64,000 nucleotides of DNA from a virus (IMGVR_UViG_3300031999_007842:53708-117707); one strand, 5' to 3'; shown: positions 20,129-29,746, counted from the first letter of the stretch. Numbers and translations: made by a program. The notes: generated by a model not told the origin, from the sequence alone.

Positions 20129-20705
20129 CTTATTCTGGAAGATAGTGCTTCCTTTCTTCAGATTAAAGTGGTGGTTCAATGGTAGAGAGGCTCGAAAGAA
20201 ATTTAGAGAAAGAGAGACTTGGGAGTTTATGCTTCATGGCTACAAGACCTGTATCCACCTTCAAAATGGTTCTTGGTTAGATGATGATCCTTGCTTCTAT
20301 TGCGCTCGTCCTCTTAGCCATGTTCGCTTAAGAAGAATATTCTGGATAGATACATCTAGATTGTGCAAGAAGTCTAAGAAATGTAAGCATTACATGTATG
20401 ACCCAATCAAAGGATAGGATAATATGCCTTCACAGTTCTTGCTATTAAAGCCTGAGGACTTGGTCTTCTTTCATCTAGAGGGGAAACTTAGCAAGTGTCC
20501 TGTCTTCACTTGTGAGTTGAGAAAGAATGGTTTATGCTGGAACTCAACTTGCTATGAAATGCAAATCTGCTCCAAGACAAAATCCTACATTATCTGGAAA
20601 TCATGTAGAAGAGCTATCCAATGGATAATAAACCGTACACTCAATGGAGATACACTCAAAGAAACAAAAGTTATCTAATAGGAAGGATACTAGAAGGGAA
20701 GCAAT

Positions 20706-20996
20706 ATGGGACTAAGATTTGAAATGAAACCAGACGAGATAATAAGAATCGAATTTGCCTTGAAGATTCAAGGAGAATTTCCAGACTTAAAGGTAGGCAT
20801 GAAAGTGAAAGCATCCTATCTTCTTCCGCCTGTCTGGCTCTATGGAGTTGTAACAACTGTCTCTTCGAATAGACGATTTGTCTCTGTTGATGTGAAACGA
20901 AGTAATTTAGCATTCCTCAAGAAGAGGAGAAAGGGAAATGATTGCAATCTCTGCTTCGACCATTTAACAGGTTGGGTGGAAGCCTATGACTACTGA
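20706..20996 (+). CDS. hypothetical protein
   Basis: co-directional ORF. Confidence 0.4.
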   Translation: MGLRFEMKPDEIIRIEFALKIQGEFPDLKVGMKVKASYLLPPVWLYGVVTTVSSNRRFVSVDVKRSNLAFLKKRRKGNDCNLCFDHLTGWVEAYDY

Positions 20997-21246
20997 AGCA
21001 AATTTCAAAAGATGGAGCAAGATTCTAGGCCGTGAAACCCTGCAAATAGGTGATCCTATTAAGTTCAAATGGACTGACCTAAGAAGCCCCAAGTCCTGTG
21101 AAAATAGAAAGACATGGACTTATGGATATGTCACAGACTTGCATGAAGGATTAGGGTATCATGTTAGAGTAGTCAAGGGTGGAACAATTAGAGATGGTGT
21201 TCTAGTAACTTTCAAGGATGTAAAATTATGGTTTCCAAGAAAGTAA
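20986..21246 (+). CDS. W-x-K-I-L-G family, tandem copy 1 (RWSKILGRETLQIGDPIKFKWTDLR)
   Basis: near-identical architecture to next two genes. Confidence 0.5.
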   Translation: MTTEANFKRWSKILGRETLQIGDPIKFKWTDLRSPKSCENRKTWTYGYVTDLHEGLGYHVRVVKGGTIRDGVLVTFKDVKLWFPRK

Positions 21247-21482
21247 CATGGAGAAAGATTCTTGGGATCAAGACATTCCAAGTAGGGGACTATGTGAAAT
21301 TCAAATGGGGCGATCTACGTTACAATTCTAAATGGAAAGAGAGAAAGACTTGGTGTTATGGTCAAGTCATTGTCATCCTCTCTGAGGGTGATGAATATAT
21401 AGTGAGACTCATGAGAGGGAGTCCCCAGAAAGAACTTCATGCTATGGAAGAGGTGAGACTTTGGTCTCCAAGGAAGAAGTAG
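21228..21482 (+). CDS. W-x-K-I-L-G family, tandem copy 2 (MVSKKVTWRKILGIKTFQVGDYVKFKWGDLR)
   Basis: tandem paralog. Confidence 0.5.
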   Translation: MVSKKVTWRKILGIKTFQVGDYVKFKWGDLRYNSKWKERKTWCYGQVIVILSEGDEYIVRLMRGSPQKELHAMEEVRLWSPRKK

Positions 21483-21736
21483 TGTGGAGAAGAATCTTGG
21501 ATACTGAGAGATTCAAGGTAGGAGAGTCTATCAAATTCAAATGGGTGGACTTACGACAAGGTCGGGAGACTTACCGATCTGAAAGGAAGACTTGGACTTA
21601 CGGATATATTACTTACATAGGAAATTCAGGAGGTCATTTCTGGTATCTTGTTGACGTGGTTAAAGGTGGAAAGCCACGAAGCGGTGTGAATGTAATTCCT
21701 GAGGAGGCACAAATATGGTGTCCAAGAAAGAAATAG
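21461..21736 (+). CDS. W-x-R-I-L family, tandem copy 3 (MVSKEEVVWRRILDTERFKVGESIKFKWVDLR)
   Basis: tandem paralog. Confidence 0.5.
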   Translation: MVSKEEVVWRRILDTERFKVGESIKFKWVDLRQGRETYRSERKTWTYGYITYIGNSGGHFWYLVDVVKGGKPRSGVNVIPEEAQIWCPRKK

Positions 21737-21927
21737 CTTGGAGAAAGATACTTGGTCAGCTTCAAAGATGCAAGTGCAAGTGCCCTTTCAGAAAGAAAGG
21801 CTATTGTCATAATGAGGCACTTTATACACAGTTCCTTCACTTTGAGCCGAGTGGAACAGTTACCTTCTGCAAGATGGAGATAACGGAAGATGGTATAATG
21901 TCTGTGGAGGTCAAGACTTGCCAGTAG
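21715..21927 (+). CDS. W-x-K-I-L-G family, Cys subtype (MVSKKEIAWRKILGQLQRCKCKC)
   Basis: same MVSKK N-terminus as tandem copies but Cys-rich tail. Confidence 0.45.
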   Translation: MVSKKEIAWRKILGQLQRCKCKCPFRKKGYCHNEALYTQFLHFEPSGTVTFCKMEITEDGIMSVEVKTCQ

Positions 21928-22247
21928 AAAGCTTTAACAGGCACACAGAGGAAATGAAACGATGGATTCGAAAGAATAAAGCAGGGCTACAGGAAACATT
22001 GAAAACACTCTCAGAGTATCGTAGAGGACGGAAGGATAAGTACTGCATTACTTCAGTCCATGAGGATGTCTGCCATCGTTGCTGTCTATTCTGTAAGAAA
22101 GTGTGTCTAGAACTCAAATGTTGGGAACCTTCTACTCTCAAGAATTGCCCTTGGAGAACCACAGTTGAGGAAATGTTAGCTAAGAGATTAGATGATAGTT
22201 TCAAGACCAAGAAAGAGAAGAGTTGGAAAAAGAGGAATGGACTTTGA
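21918..22247 (+). CDS. Cys-rich hypothetical protein
   Basis: CHRCCLFCKKVC motif, also seen in 18492..18731. Confidence 0.4.
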   Translation: MPVESFNRHTEEMKRWIRKNKAGLQETLKTLSEYRRGRKDKYCITSVHEDVCHRCCLFCKKVCLELKCWEPSTLKNCPWRTTVEEMLAKRLDDSFKTKKEKSWKKRNGL

Positions 22248-22591
22248 CAACCTGTAAACAGTTGAGAAAGAAAGTGGAACTTCTCCAGAAAGACCTCAGG
22301 AAAATATCTGACACTCTTGTTAGCATCAAGAACGAGGGAGATCGTCTTTATTCCCAACAGCAGAAGTTATTAGATGAACTGCATTCTGCTTGTGACATAC
22401 TTGGCCAGTCTTGGTCTGAGTGTTGTCCTTCCTTCAAGGAAAAAGAGAAGAGTTCATACTGCATAATCTATCAATGGGAAGACCAGACTAAATCAGCAAG
22501 ATTCTGCATCAACTGTCCGATAACTTATGAAGAGGCGAATATTAGAGTCATGATGTGTAAATTAAGACCACAGGTGAAGACTGATGAGTGA
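22223..22591 (+). CDS. hypothetical coiled-coil/Cys protein
   Basis: co-directional ORF. Confidence 0.4.
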   Translation: MEKEEWTLTTCKQLRKKVELLQKDLRKISDTLVSIKNEGDRLYSQQQKLLDELHSACDILGQSWSECCPSFKEKEKSSYCIIYQWEDQTKSARFCINCPITYEEANIRVMMCKLRPQVKTDE

Positions 22592-22868
22592 GGGAGCAAA
22601 GGACTTCATGGATTTCATAACCAAGATGGCTCAATCAGAGCCACATCAAAAAATACCCAAGGGATGCCCACGAATAAAGAGATGCAAGTATGACTTGCTT
22701 GAAACTGAATATGCCTCAGTATGTTGCACTGAGTCGTGGGTCTTCTGTAAATATGCAGCAAGAGCGAGCAAGAAGTACAGGAAACCTCCTTACTTCTGGA
22801 AGTTCACTCATAAGATAGAAGGAATAAAGGGGGTAGAAGAATATGAGTCTCAAACTAAAGTGCACTGA
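22584..22868 (+). CDS. small Cys protein of the W[VI][FW]C...KKY.[RK]KPY.WK family
   Basis: shares ESWVFCKYAARASKKYRKPPYFWKF with 42479..42727 and 43561..43794. Confidence 0.4.
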   Translation: MSEGAKDFMDFITKMAQSEPHQKIPKGCPRIKRCKYDLLETEYASVCCTESWVFCKYAARASKKYRKPPYFWKFTHKIEGIKGVEEYESQTKVH

Positions 22869-23208
22869 TAGATTCAGAAGGTGCTTCAACAAGGGAGGCA
22901 AGACCTTCAATGCTTACTATGAAAGATGGACGATCGTGGACAGTGATGGAGCTTTTGTCCAACACTGGGATATTACAGAAAGAAGCAATCTTTCGATCTT
23001 CCTAAGTAACCTATTGGGGCACAGAGAATCCTATCCTATAGATGAGTCACGATGTAAGATCTTTGAGACCATCTTTCAACATACCAACCGCTGGAAGATC
23101 TTTCAAGATGCACGGAGTATCTTGAACAAGAAAGGCTCGAGACAGGCATTGAAGTTCTTGGAAGATAAGTTTGCTGTCATACGACTTGGTGACAAGTTGG
23201 AGGGTTAA
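22843..23208 (+). CDS. hypothetical protein
   Basis: co-directional ORF. Confidence 0.4.
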   Translation: MSLKLKCTDRFRRCFNKGGKTFNAYYERWTIVDSDGAFVQHWDITERSNLSIFLSNLLGHRESYPIDESRCKIFETIFQHTNRWKIFQDARSILNKKGSRQALKFLEDKFAVIRLGDKLEG

Positions 23209-23210
23209 AT

Positions 23211-23645
23211 ATGCCTTTCGCTCCTTGGTGGAAAACACTTAAACAGAACATAGACCTTCACACCTATGACCATAACTTCGGTCTAGTAGTTCCTTGCCCT
23301 TCTGGGTTTTCTTGGGAACAACAGACTGAAGGAGTAATGTGTTATCATGTCTCGATTGAAGGTATCTACGTTCCTCTCCCAATACCAGACGCTATTCTGA
23401 AACAGATACAAGATGCTAACTATAACTACAAGCCTAAACTTGTCACGAAATACTGGAATAAGCTGAAAGAATGGCTCAAGGAAGATGAAAGATTCGAGTT
23501 CGAAGAAGTTAATGCACCTGCTGGAATGCCTAATAACCAAGAAGGTCTCCAATGGATCAAGATTCTCAAATGGTCAAGTCCTATAGACTCCAGACATCTT
23601 CTTGAGGGTGAGATAGTGGCTCTGTACTATCCCAATTGTGACTGA
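23211..23645 (+). CDS. hypothetical protein
   Basis: co-directional ORF, 144 aa. Confidence 0.45.
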   Translation: MPFAPWWKTLKQNIDLHTYDHNFGLVVPCPSGFSWEQQTEGVMCYHVSIEGIYVPLPIPDAILKQIQDANYNYKPKLVTKYWNKLKEWLKEDERFEFEEVNAPAGMPNNQEGLQWIKILKWSSPIDSRHLLEGEIVALYYPNCD

Positions 23646-23659
23646 AAGAAGGAATAGAT

Positions 23660-23929
23660 TTGAAAGAATATAGGCAGTGCTTTGCAAAAGAAATCTTGAA
23701 TGAGAAACGCCTTAACAAAATATGGCTTGTCAACTGTGGCAAGAGAAGAGATGAGAACTTCTGCTGTAAGAGATGTGAATTGAATCTTACTTGTCCTCAT
23801 AAATGCAATAGAGTTGCTGGTGACTGTTGCTACTACTTCAAGAAGACTGAGGTTGAGAAAACGAAACTAGCCTATGTTCTTGATCCTCACAATGACTATT
23901 GGAAAAGAGGACAACCTGGAACGATATGA
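23660..23929 (+). CDS. Cys-rich small protein
   Basis: CGKRRDENFCCKRCELNLTCPHKCNRVAGDCCYY. Confidence 0.4.
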   Translation: MKEYRQCFAKEILNEKRLNKIWLVNCGKRRDENFCCKRCELNLTCPHKCNRVAGDCCYYFKKTEVEKTKLAYVLDPHNDYWKRGQPGTI

Positions 23930-23990
23930 ACACTCCATTGAGGGATAAGGTTTATATCTCCCGGACGACACTTAAAGAGGTAGAACGAAG

Positions 23991-24419
23991 ATGCGGAAAC
24001 GTATGCCAAGGGAAGAGGATATGTTCAGAGAGAATATCAAACGAGAAGTGGTTCTCTCTCCCTTTATCATGTTCGACAGGAATGGTGAAGCAATCTTCCA
24101 TACTTGCCCTCCATGTCCAAGATGTGATGGGATGATGGGTGGAAAGATAGCAGGAAGTTTCGCATGTGAGTTCTGTGGATATGATGAAGTGGAAAAGTAT
24201 TCCTCAACTCATGCCATGTCCCTTAGCCTAGAATGTACTTGGAAGTTCCTCAGACCTTTCATTCACAACAAAAGACTGAGATGGATAGTCTCCGAGAAAC
24301 TCTATGACCTACATGCCTCATTGACTGGTTGGTATAGAAGCGGAAGGCATCAAGTATCAATCACAAATGGAGACTATATGTGGTCTTGGAAAGACAGGAA
24401 ATGGTTCAAGTTCATGTAG
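23991..24419 (+). CDS. hypothetical zinc-ribbon protein
   Basis: CPPCPRC...CEFCG. Confidence 0.4.
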   Translation: MRKRMPREEDMFRENIKREVVLSPFIMFDRNGEAIFHTCPPCPRCDGMMGGKIAGSFACEFCGYDEVEKYSSTHAMSLSLECTWKFLRPFIHNKRLRWIVSEKLYDLHASLTGWYRSGRHQVSITNGDYMWSWKDRKWFKFM

Positions 24420-24834
24420 GTGGTTACTCTTGAAAAGGAATTTCAGGAAATTAAAAGAACTGAAGCTAGTCTTGAAGAACCTAAAGAAGTCCAAATCGGA
24501 AGTTTGGAAGTTTATAGCACAAAGTGAGAAGAAGATCCAACGCTTGAATAGGAAGATAGGAAAGGAAAGAGATGTCATTAGAGAATTGATAAATAGCGAA
24601 GTAGCTTTAAGAGTGGCGATAGGTAAAGTCAAGGGACTTCATTGTCCAGCAAAACAAAGATGTGCTGATTACACTCCATACTATAATTGTGCTCTCAGTA
24701 CTGAAGAGGAGCAGCTTGAACTTGAAGATTTTTATGAAGAATCTTGCTTCTCTTGTAAATTGTCTGCGAGTGCTATCTATACTGGAATACTAATGAGGAA
24801 ATTGAAAGGGAAAGAAAAAAGATAAATCTATGTA

Positions 24835-24843
24835 GAGGAGGGG
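24835..24843 (+). promoter_or_regulatory. Shine-Dalgarno-like RBS (GAGGAGGGG)
   Basis: 10 nt upstream of ATG at 24854. Confidence 0.45.
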
Positions 24844-24853
24844 ATAATTAAAA

Positions 24854-25099
24854 ATGGGAAACAGATCTAATGTACCAGAACAAAGAAGACGGAAAGTATC
24901 TGGGCACGGTTCAACAACGAAAGCTGGCAAGATGCGAAGTCAACAGCCTAAAAACTGGGGAACATCAACTCGACAGTCACAATCTCATTATCCACTGAGA
25001 CACATCAGGAAGCACAAGATTCCCAGAGTAGCCAAACGTAGAAACTATGAGAAGCGAGTACTCCTGAAGAGAAAGAGTGGACAGAACTGGGTGGAGTAA
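24854..25099 (+). CDS. highly basic small protein
   Basis: R/K-rich throughout; GAGGAGGGG RBS at 24835..24843. Confidence 0.45.
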   Translation: MGNRSNVPEQRRRKVSGHGSTTKAGKMRSQQPKNWGTSTRQSQSHYPLRHIRKHKIPRVAKRRNYEKRVLLKRKSGQNWVE

Positions 25100-25101
25100 C
25101 T

Positions 25102-25854
25102 ATGGACTATCTAAATGAGGAAATAACCAAGGAATTCATCAAACGTCTACCAGATCTCACAATGAATCCACCTACTGTTCACCTCATAATGTTAGCTTGC
25201 CGTTCAAGGAAAGCTAGGGAGATACTTGGTCAAAAGGTTCATGACTTGGTAGTTGAAAGGGAGATCATCCGAGCCATCCCTGATTGGAGACTTCGATACT
25301 TCAATTCAGTCTACAACCTCTCAGTCCTTCAACATAATGGAAGATATGAATACAAGACTCTACTCATTCCTGCACAAGCTATGGGAATCTTTGCTACACT
25401 AAGTCCTCGCAATGTCATAAGCTCAACTGCTGATGTGATGAAGGACAACATTACTTTCCTGCCTATGAAAGATGATGCTTCAAAGATGGAACTTGCCAAG
25501 TTACCAAGCAGATACTTCGGAGCCTTACACAGACACAAGGACAGGAATACCAACTTCGTGACCTTAGACTTAGACAATGATGACAAGACTCTATTCAAGG
25601 AAATCTTGGACAAAGTTTCAGTATTGCCTATCTTCATGGTTACAGAAACGAGTCGCGGCTTTCACATTGTTCTCAATGTCACTAAGCCAGAAGATGCTAA
25701 GGTCTTCTATGGGCAGAATGCTCTCATTCAACAGTTGGGTCTAGCCTATGCAAAGAGAGGACTTGAGATTCAGAAGGATAGCCAAGAACCAATTCCAGGT
25801 AGCCTCTATTACAAGAAGGGAGGAGTTACACATTATGTCCAACTACTTCGGTGA
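25102..25854 (+). CDS. archaeo-eukaryotic primase (AEP) / prim-pol-like protein
   Basis: DxD motif (FVTLDLDNDD) followed by TSRGFHIVLNV, resembling AEP motifs I and II (sGxGyHv). Confidence 0.5.
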   Translation: MDYLNEEITKEFIKRLPDLTMNPPTVHLIMLACRSRKAREILGQKVHDLVVEREIIRAIPDWRLRYFNSVYNLSVLQHNGRYEYKTLLIPAQAMGIFATLSPRNVISSTADVMKDNITFLPMKDDASKMELAKLPSRYFGALHRHKDRNTNFVTLDLDNDDKTLFKEILDKVSVLPIFMVTETSRGFHIVLNVTKPEDAKVFYGQNALIQQLGLAYAKRGLEIQKDSQEPIPGSLYYKKGGVTHYVQLLR

Positions 25855-26083
25855 TGAAGAAGTTAGCAAGAGAAGAGTCATGGGATGGAAAAAGAAAGCT
25901 ATCTGGTCTATTATTCTAGGCCGAGGTCAAAGATGCCGAGTGAAATGTGCTTTGCGTCTTGGAGTTTACTGTGGTGGTTGGCGGACTTATGAAAGTGGGG
26001 ATCATACAGGAACCATTTGTGGATGTGCGAAGATGGTTAAGAAAGTCAACGGAAAGTATTACCATCTAGCATATTTCCCTTGA
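25835..26083 (+). CDS. W-x-I-I-L-G family, Cys subtype (AIWSIILGRGQRCRVKC)
   Basis: start trimmed to internal ATG overlapping upstream stop. Confidence 0.35.
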   Translation: MSNYFGDEEVSKRRVMGWKKKAIWSIILGRGQRCRVKCALRLGVYCGGWRTYESGDHTGTICGCAKMVKKVNGKYYHLAYFP

Positions 26084-26254
26084 ACGAGGTGAGAGAATGA
26101 CAGAGATTGGAAAAGCATTCAAGTATATAGCTAAGGGATTAGCAACTCTGGCTATAGTTTACTTCATGCCTCAGATAGCTGAAGCCACTCACCATGGATT
26201 CTTGACTCTAGTATTTGGAGTCCTAGCTATACTATTCGTCTGGGCTGGATAAGA

Positions 26255-26812
26255 ATGAAACACATTAAAGTACCAAGATGTGTCAAAATGAATAAGTACA
26301 AAGGAACTCAAGTATTTACTCCTTACCCTGCTATGTGCCCTAGTGTCTGGACTTTACCAGTAGATAGGGATGAAAGGAAGAGAGGCCAGACGAAGATAGA
26401 CATAAAGCAGATAACAATACTCAAGAAATATCCCATGAAGATAATAGTTCGCTTTGCTACTAGAATAACTAATAAGGTAGTTGAAGTCACAGAGGCTAAC
26501 TTCATGATAGCTATGGATGAGAACGTCTTTGCTGACTTCTTCCCTCATACATTTGTTCACCTGGTGTACAAGAAACTTTTGGATGATGGGAAGGCACGTC
26601 AATGGATTAGCTATGAAGACTTTATTTCTCAACTTCCGAAACTAGTGAAGTCTTACACCAACGTAGTGCCTTCCCTGAGCTATCAGAAACCATACGTATC
26701 ATTCATGGATAGATCAGGAATCTTCGAGACAAGGCGAAGGTTAGCTCAGTATCTTCGGGTAGTGGAAGCGTATGAAGAGAAACTTAGTGACGAAGAAGCG
26801 AAGGTACAGTAA
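26255..26812 (+). CDS. hypothetical protein
   Basis: 185-aa ORF. Confidence 0.45.
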   Translation: MKHIKVPRCVKMNKYKGTQVFTPYPAMCPSVWTLPVDRDERKRGQTKIDIKQITILKKYPMKIIVRFATRITNKVVEVTEANFMIAMDENVFADFFPHTFVHLVYKKLLDDGKARQWISYEDFISQLPKLVKSYTNVVPSLSYQKPYVSFMDRSGIFETRRRLAQYLRVVEAYEEKLSDEEAKVQ

Positions 26813-27006
26813 GCAGTACGCTCTCTGGAAGAAGATAACAGGACAAGTATCAGAGGGAGATATAATCAAATCCCTAAGAGATGAAGGGTTCCTCTATAGG
26901 AGAGGAGCTAGATTTGTAGTAACTGCATTCGATGGTAAGCGGGCTATTGCTGTCCGATATTGCTATCCCTACAGTATTTCCAAGAGAGATTTGAAGGTAG
27001 TAGGAT

Positions 27007-27315
27007 ATGTCGAAGGATATGAAAAGAAGAAAGCATAACTTGTTACATAGAGTTAATTGTGCTTGTTGTGGAAAGGCCGAGAGAATAGAGATCAAACCAG
27101 AGGGAGCAATCCCTTCTGGTTGGAAGTATTTTGGTCGTGTCAATGTCAATACTTGCCAAACTGATAAGTTCTTCTGGAAAGTCCCAGAAGGAGTAGATTG
27201 GAAAGACACTGATAAATGGAAGAAAGTTCCTAATGCGTGTTATGATCCTAAGGCTAAGAAGAAACTTGTCGAATATTGGGAATGTCCTGAATGTTACGGA
27301 GATAAGAGTAAATGA
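27007..27315 (+). CDS. zinc-ribbon protein
   Basis: CACCG...CPECYG. Confidence 0.4.
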   Translation: MSKDMKRRKHNLLHRVNCACCGKAERIEIKPEGAIPSGWKYFGRVNVNTCQTDKFFWKVPEGVDWKDTDKWKKVPNACYDPKAKKKLVEYWECPECYGDKSK

Positions 27316-27662
27316 AAGTGAAATTTACCATGCATTTCAAGTATGGAGATGTCAATTGGTACAATAAAGACCACTGGGAGAAGTTCACTGTTGATGATAT
27401 CCTTCGATGCCTCATTGACTTCACAGATGTTAAAGAATTCCAATGTGAGTTCGATTCCGAGAATCGCTCGTGGGATTCTAAACTTACTATTCCACCAATG
27501 ACAACCACAGATTTCGTTGCCAAGTTTGAAGCTGCCTTGAAGAAACTCTACAAGACACAGCATGAAGTGGATGTATTAGTCTCTGAAGTGAAATTGGAGA
27601 AGGGAGAAGTGGGCAAATTTACCACTGCTCTATTGATGAAGAAAATTGAGGGAACTAAATGA
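27312..27662 (+). CDS. paralog family member with C-terminal LLMKKIEGTK
   Basis: C-terminus matches 28110..28508 and 28515..28910. Confidence 0.45.
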   Translation: MKVKFTMHFKYGDVNWYNKDHWEKFTVDDILRCLIDFTDVKEFQCEFDSENRSWDSKLTIPPMTTTDFVAKFEAALKKLYKTQHEVDVLVSEVKLEKGEVGKFTTALLMKKIEGTK

Positions 27663-28105
27663 CAGACAAGAAGACAGAAAAGATGTGTAAGGAAGTAGAC
27701 GAGGAAGGATACTATAGATGGATCAAGGAAAGAGATGCGAAACGCTTTAGCTGGCTTAAAGTCTTCAAGAAAGAAGGGGTCAAGAAGGCACTTTACTATC
27801 TTCTACATATGACTGGAGTCCATTCCTTGCCTCACAGTTCCAAACAAATAACGATAGATGATCATGATGAAGAAGTGTGGGCTTGCAAGACCTGTGGTTA
27901 TGAATGCACAGGAAAGGGAATTATTTGGGAAGTCCTTAAATACTGTCTAACTTGGGTCGCTATGGTCACCCTTGCTCTTTCTCCGGCCAGAGATTTCATG
28001 TTTCCTCTTCTAGTTAGCAGTTTGGGACTATTGCTGATCTTTTTCATCATAGTTCATGCATTGGCAGGATTGAAATCCTTCTTCCAAATATTCTGGAGAG
28101 ATTGA
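27659..28105 (+). CDS. membrane protein (C-terminal two TM helices)
   Basis: hydrophobic stretches VAMVTLALSP and LLLIFFIIVHALAGL. Confidence 0.45.
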   Translation: MTDKKTEKMCKEVDEEGYYRWIKERDAKRFSWLKVFKKEGVKKALYYLLHMTGVHSLPHSSKQITIDDHDEEVWACKTCGYECTGKGIIWEVLKYCLTWVAMVTLALSPARDFMFPLLVSSLGLLLIFFIIVHALAGLKSFFQIFWRD

Positions 28106-28109
28106 GAAG

Positions 28110-28508
28110 ATGGAAGAAGAAAAGTATGCTGTAGAGATAATCGACTATGGTGGAGCTATACTCCTCTACGAGAAAGTGGATGGAGTACTAACCTCACGAT
28201 GCAGTGTCCCATTAGACTATGCTATTGACAAGGAAATAGGTGGAGTAATACGGATTACTATCAAGCAAGAAAAGCCCTTCATGATTTCAGAGGGAAGGTC
28301 AATGTATAAGATTTCAACAGAGTTCGGGGAAGTACTCAAGATGCATAGCAAGGTCTTCCGATTGCTTCCCAATTTACACGAGAAGCTCATCTATTTGGAG
28401 CAGACTCAAATTCTTACTCTTGTAGAGACTCAGCAATTCAAAGAACTTAGAGACAGACTTAGTGTTTACTACATGGCTAAAAAGATAGAAGGAACCCAAG
28501 GACAGTAG
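28110..28508 (+). CDS. paralog family member (C-terminal YYMAKKIEGTQ)
   Basis: paralogous to the two flanking genes. Confidence 0.45.
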   Translation: MEEEKYAVEIIDYGGAILLYEKVDGVLTSRCSVPLDYAIDKEIGGVIRITIKQEKPFMISEGRSMYKISTEFGEVLKMHSKVFRLLPNLHEKLIYLEQTQILTLVETQQFKELRDRLSVYYMAKKIEGTQGQ

Positions 28509-28514
28509 ATATAA

Positions 28515-28910
28515 ATGGAAGACATCGAGACTTCACCAATGTATGTCAAGTTTGAAGACGATGACATGAAGGTAATAATTCGCAGAGGGAAAGGAATACT
28601 TTGTACCTATCACCTTACCTTACATGTTGAGAATCTAGGATTCATTCCAGTAATCATATTCAGAAGAGCATTTGCTGAACTGGGAAAGACAGGAGTCTGT
28701 AGTACAGATGCAATGTTTGAAGTTCCATGGCAAGCCGCAGAAGCTCTCAGACTTACTGTTGAAATCTTTGCTAAATCTAGGGAAGCAACCTTAGAGATGG
28801 TGAAGGAGACTAAACTGCTAGAGTATATCGCTGAGAAGAACTGGGAGAAAGCACTTGATCTCTTGTCAGTCTATGCCCTTGCCAAGAAAATTGAACATAA
28901 GGAGGGATGA
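28515..28910 (+). CDS. paralog family member (C-terminal YALAKKIEHKEG)
   Basis: paralogous to 28110..28508. Confidence 0.45.
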   Translation: MEDIETSPMYVKFEDDDMKVIIRRGKGILCTYHLTLHVENLGFIPVIIFRRAFAELGKTGVCSTDAMFEVPWQAAEALRLTVEIFAKSREATLEMVKETKLLEYIAEKNWEKALDLLSVYALAKKIEHKEG

Positions 28911-29170
28911 GTATGGGAGGAGGACTCGCTTTGTCGACTAGAAAATGGTACTGTGAGCAGATACTAAAAGCCATGAAGTTGCATGGAGGGAAGGCTTCAC
29001 TTCCTACTATTATGTGGGAAATGAGAAAGGCTTCACAAAATCGATTTCCCATACAGGAAGAGAGAATATGCAGCTTTTTAAAATATCTTCGTGCTTGTGG
29101 GGTTGTGGCTTATCACAGATCAGAAACAAGAAGGATTTCCTCTAAATGGGATGTAGTAGATACCCCATAA
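28907..29170 (+). CDS. hypothetical protein
   Basis: ATGA overlap. Confidence 0.4.
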   Translation: MSMGGGLALSTRKWYCEQILKAMKLHGGKASLPTIMWEMRKASQNRFPIQEERICSFLKYLRACGVVAYHRSETRRISSKWDVVDTP

Positions 29171-29221
29171 CAAGAAGAACTCTTAAATATCAAGAAGGAT
29201 ATCTGTCTCTCGGTGAAGTAA

Positions 29222-29746
29222 ATGGTAACACCACAGAAGAAATGGAAATTGAAGAACCCAGAAAAGGTAAAAGAAGAAGCTAGAAAGTATTATGAGAAAC
29301 ACAAAGATAAGATTCTCAAGTATAGACATTCCTATTATAAACGCAAGAAAGAGCAGGAATTGACCTCTTCTGGTCAATACTACAGAAAGCACAGAGAAGA
29401 AAAATGCAAAGAATTAAAGGAAAGATATGCCCAAGATCCAGAATATAGAAAAAGAAAACTTGAAGATGGCAGAAGAAATAAGAGGAAACTCAGGCTCGAA
29501 ATCATTTCTTTGTTGGGTAGTAAATGCTCTAAATGTGGATTCTCAGACGAGAGAGCTTTGCAGATTGACCACTTGAAAGGTGGAGGCAACTTGGATAGGC
29601 ATGCTAACCCTAGTTCATGGACATACTATAAGCATATCCTTGAAGAGATTAAAACAGGAAGCAAGGATTATCAACTCTTATGTGCTAATCATAACTGCAT
29701 CAAGAGAATAACAAATCAAGAATTGGGAAATAAATTCGTAGGTTAA
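29222..29746 (+). CDS. HNH endonuclease (paralog 1 of 3)
   Basis: K/R-rich N-terminus; LLGSKCSKCG...LQIDHLKGGGN...YQLLCANHNC = CxxC, DH, N, CxxH HNH signature. Confidence 0.6.
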   Translation: MVTPQKKWKLKNPEKVKEEARKYYEKHKDKILKYRHSYYKRKKEQELTSSGQYYRKHREEKCKELKERYAQDPEYRKRKLEDGRRNKRKLRLEIISLLGSKCSKCGFSDERALQIDHLKGGGNLDRHANPSSWTYYKHILEEIKTGSKDYQLLCANHNCIKRITNQELGNKFVG

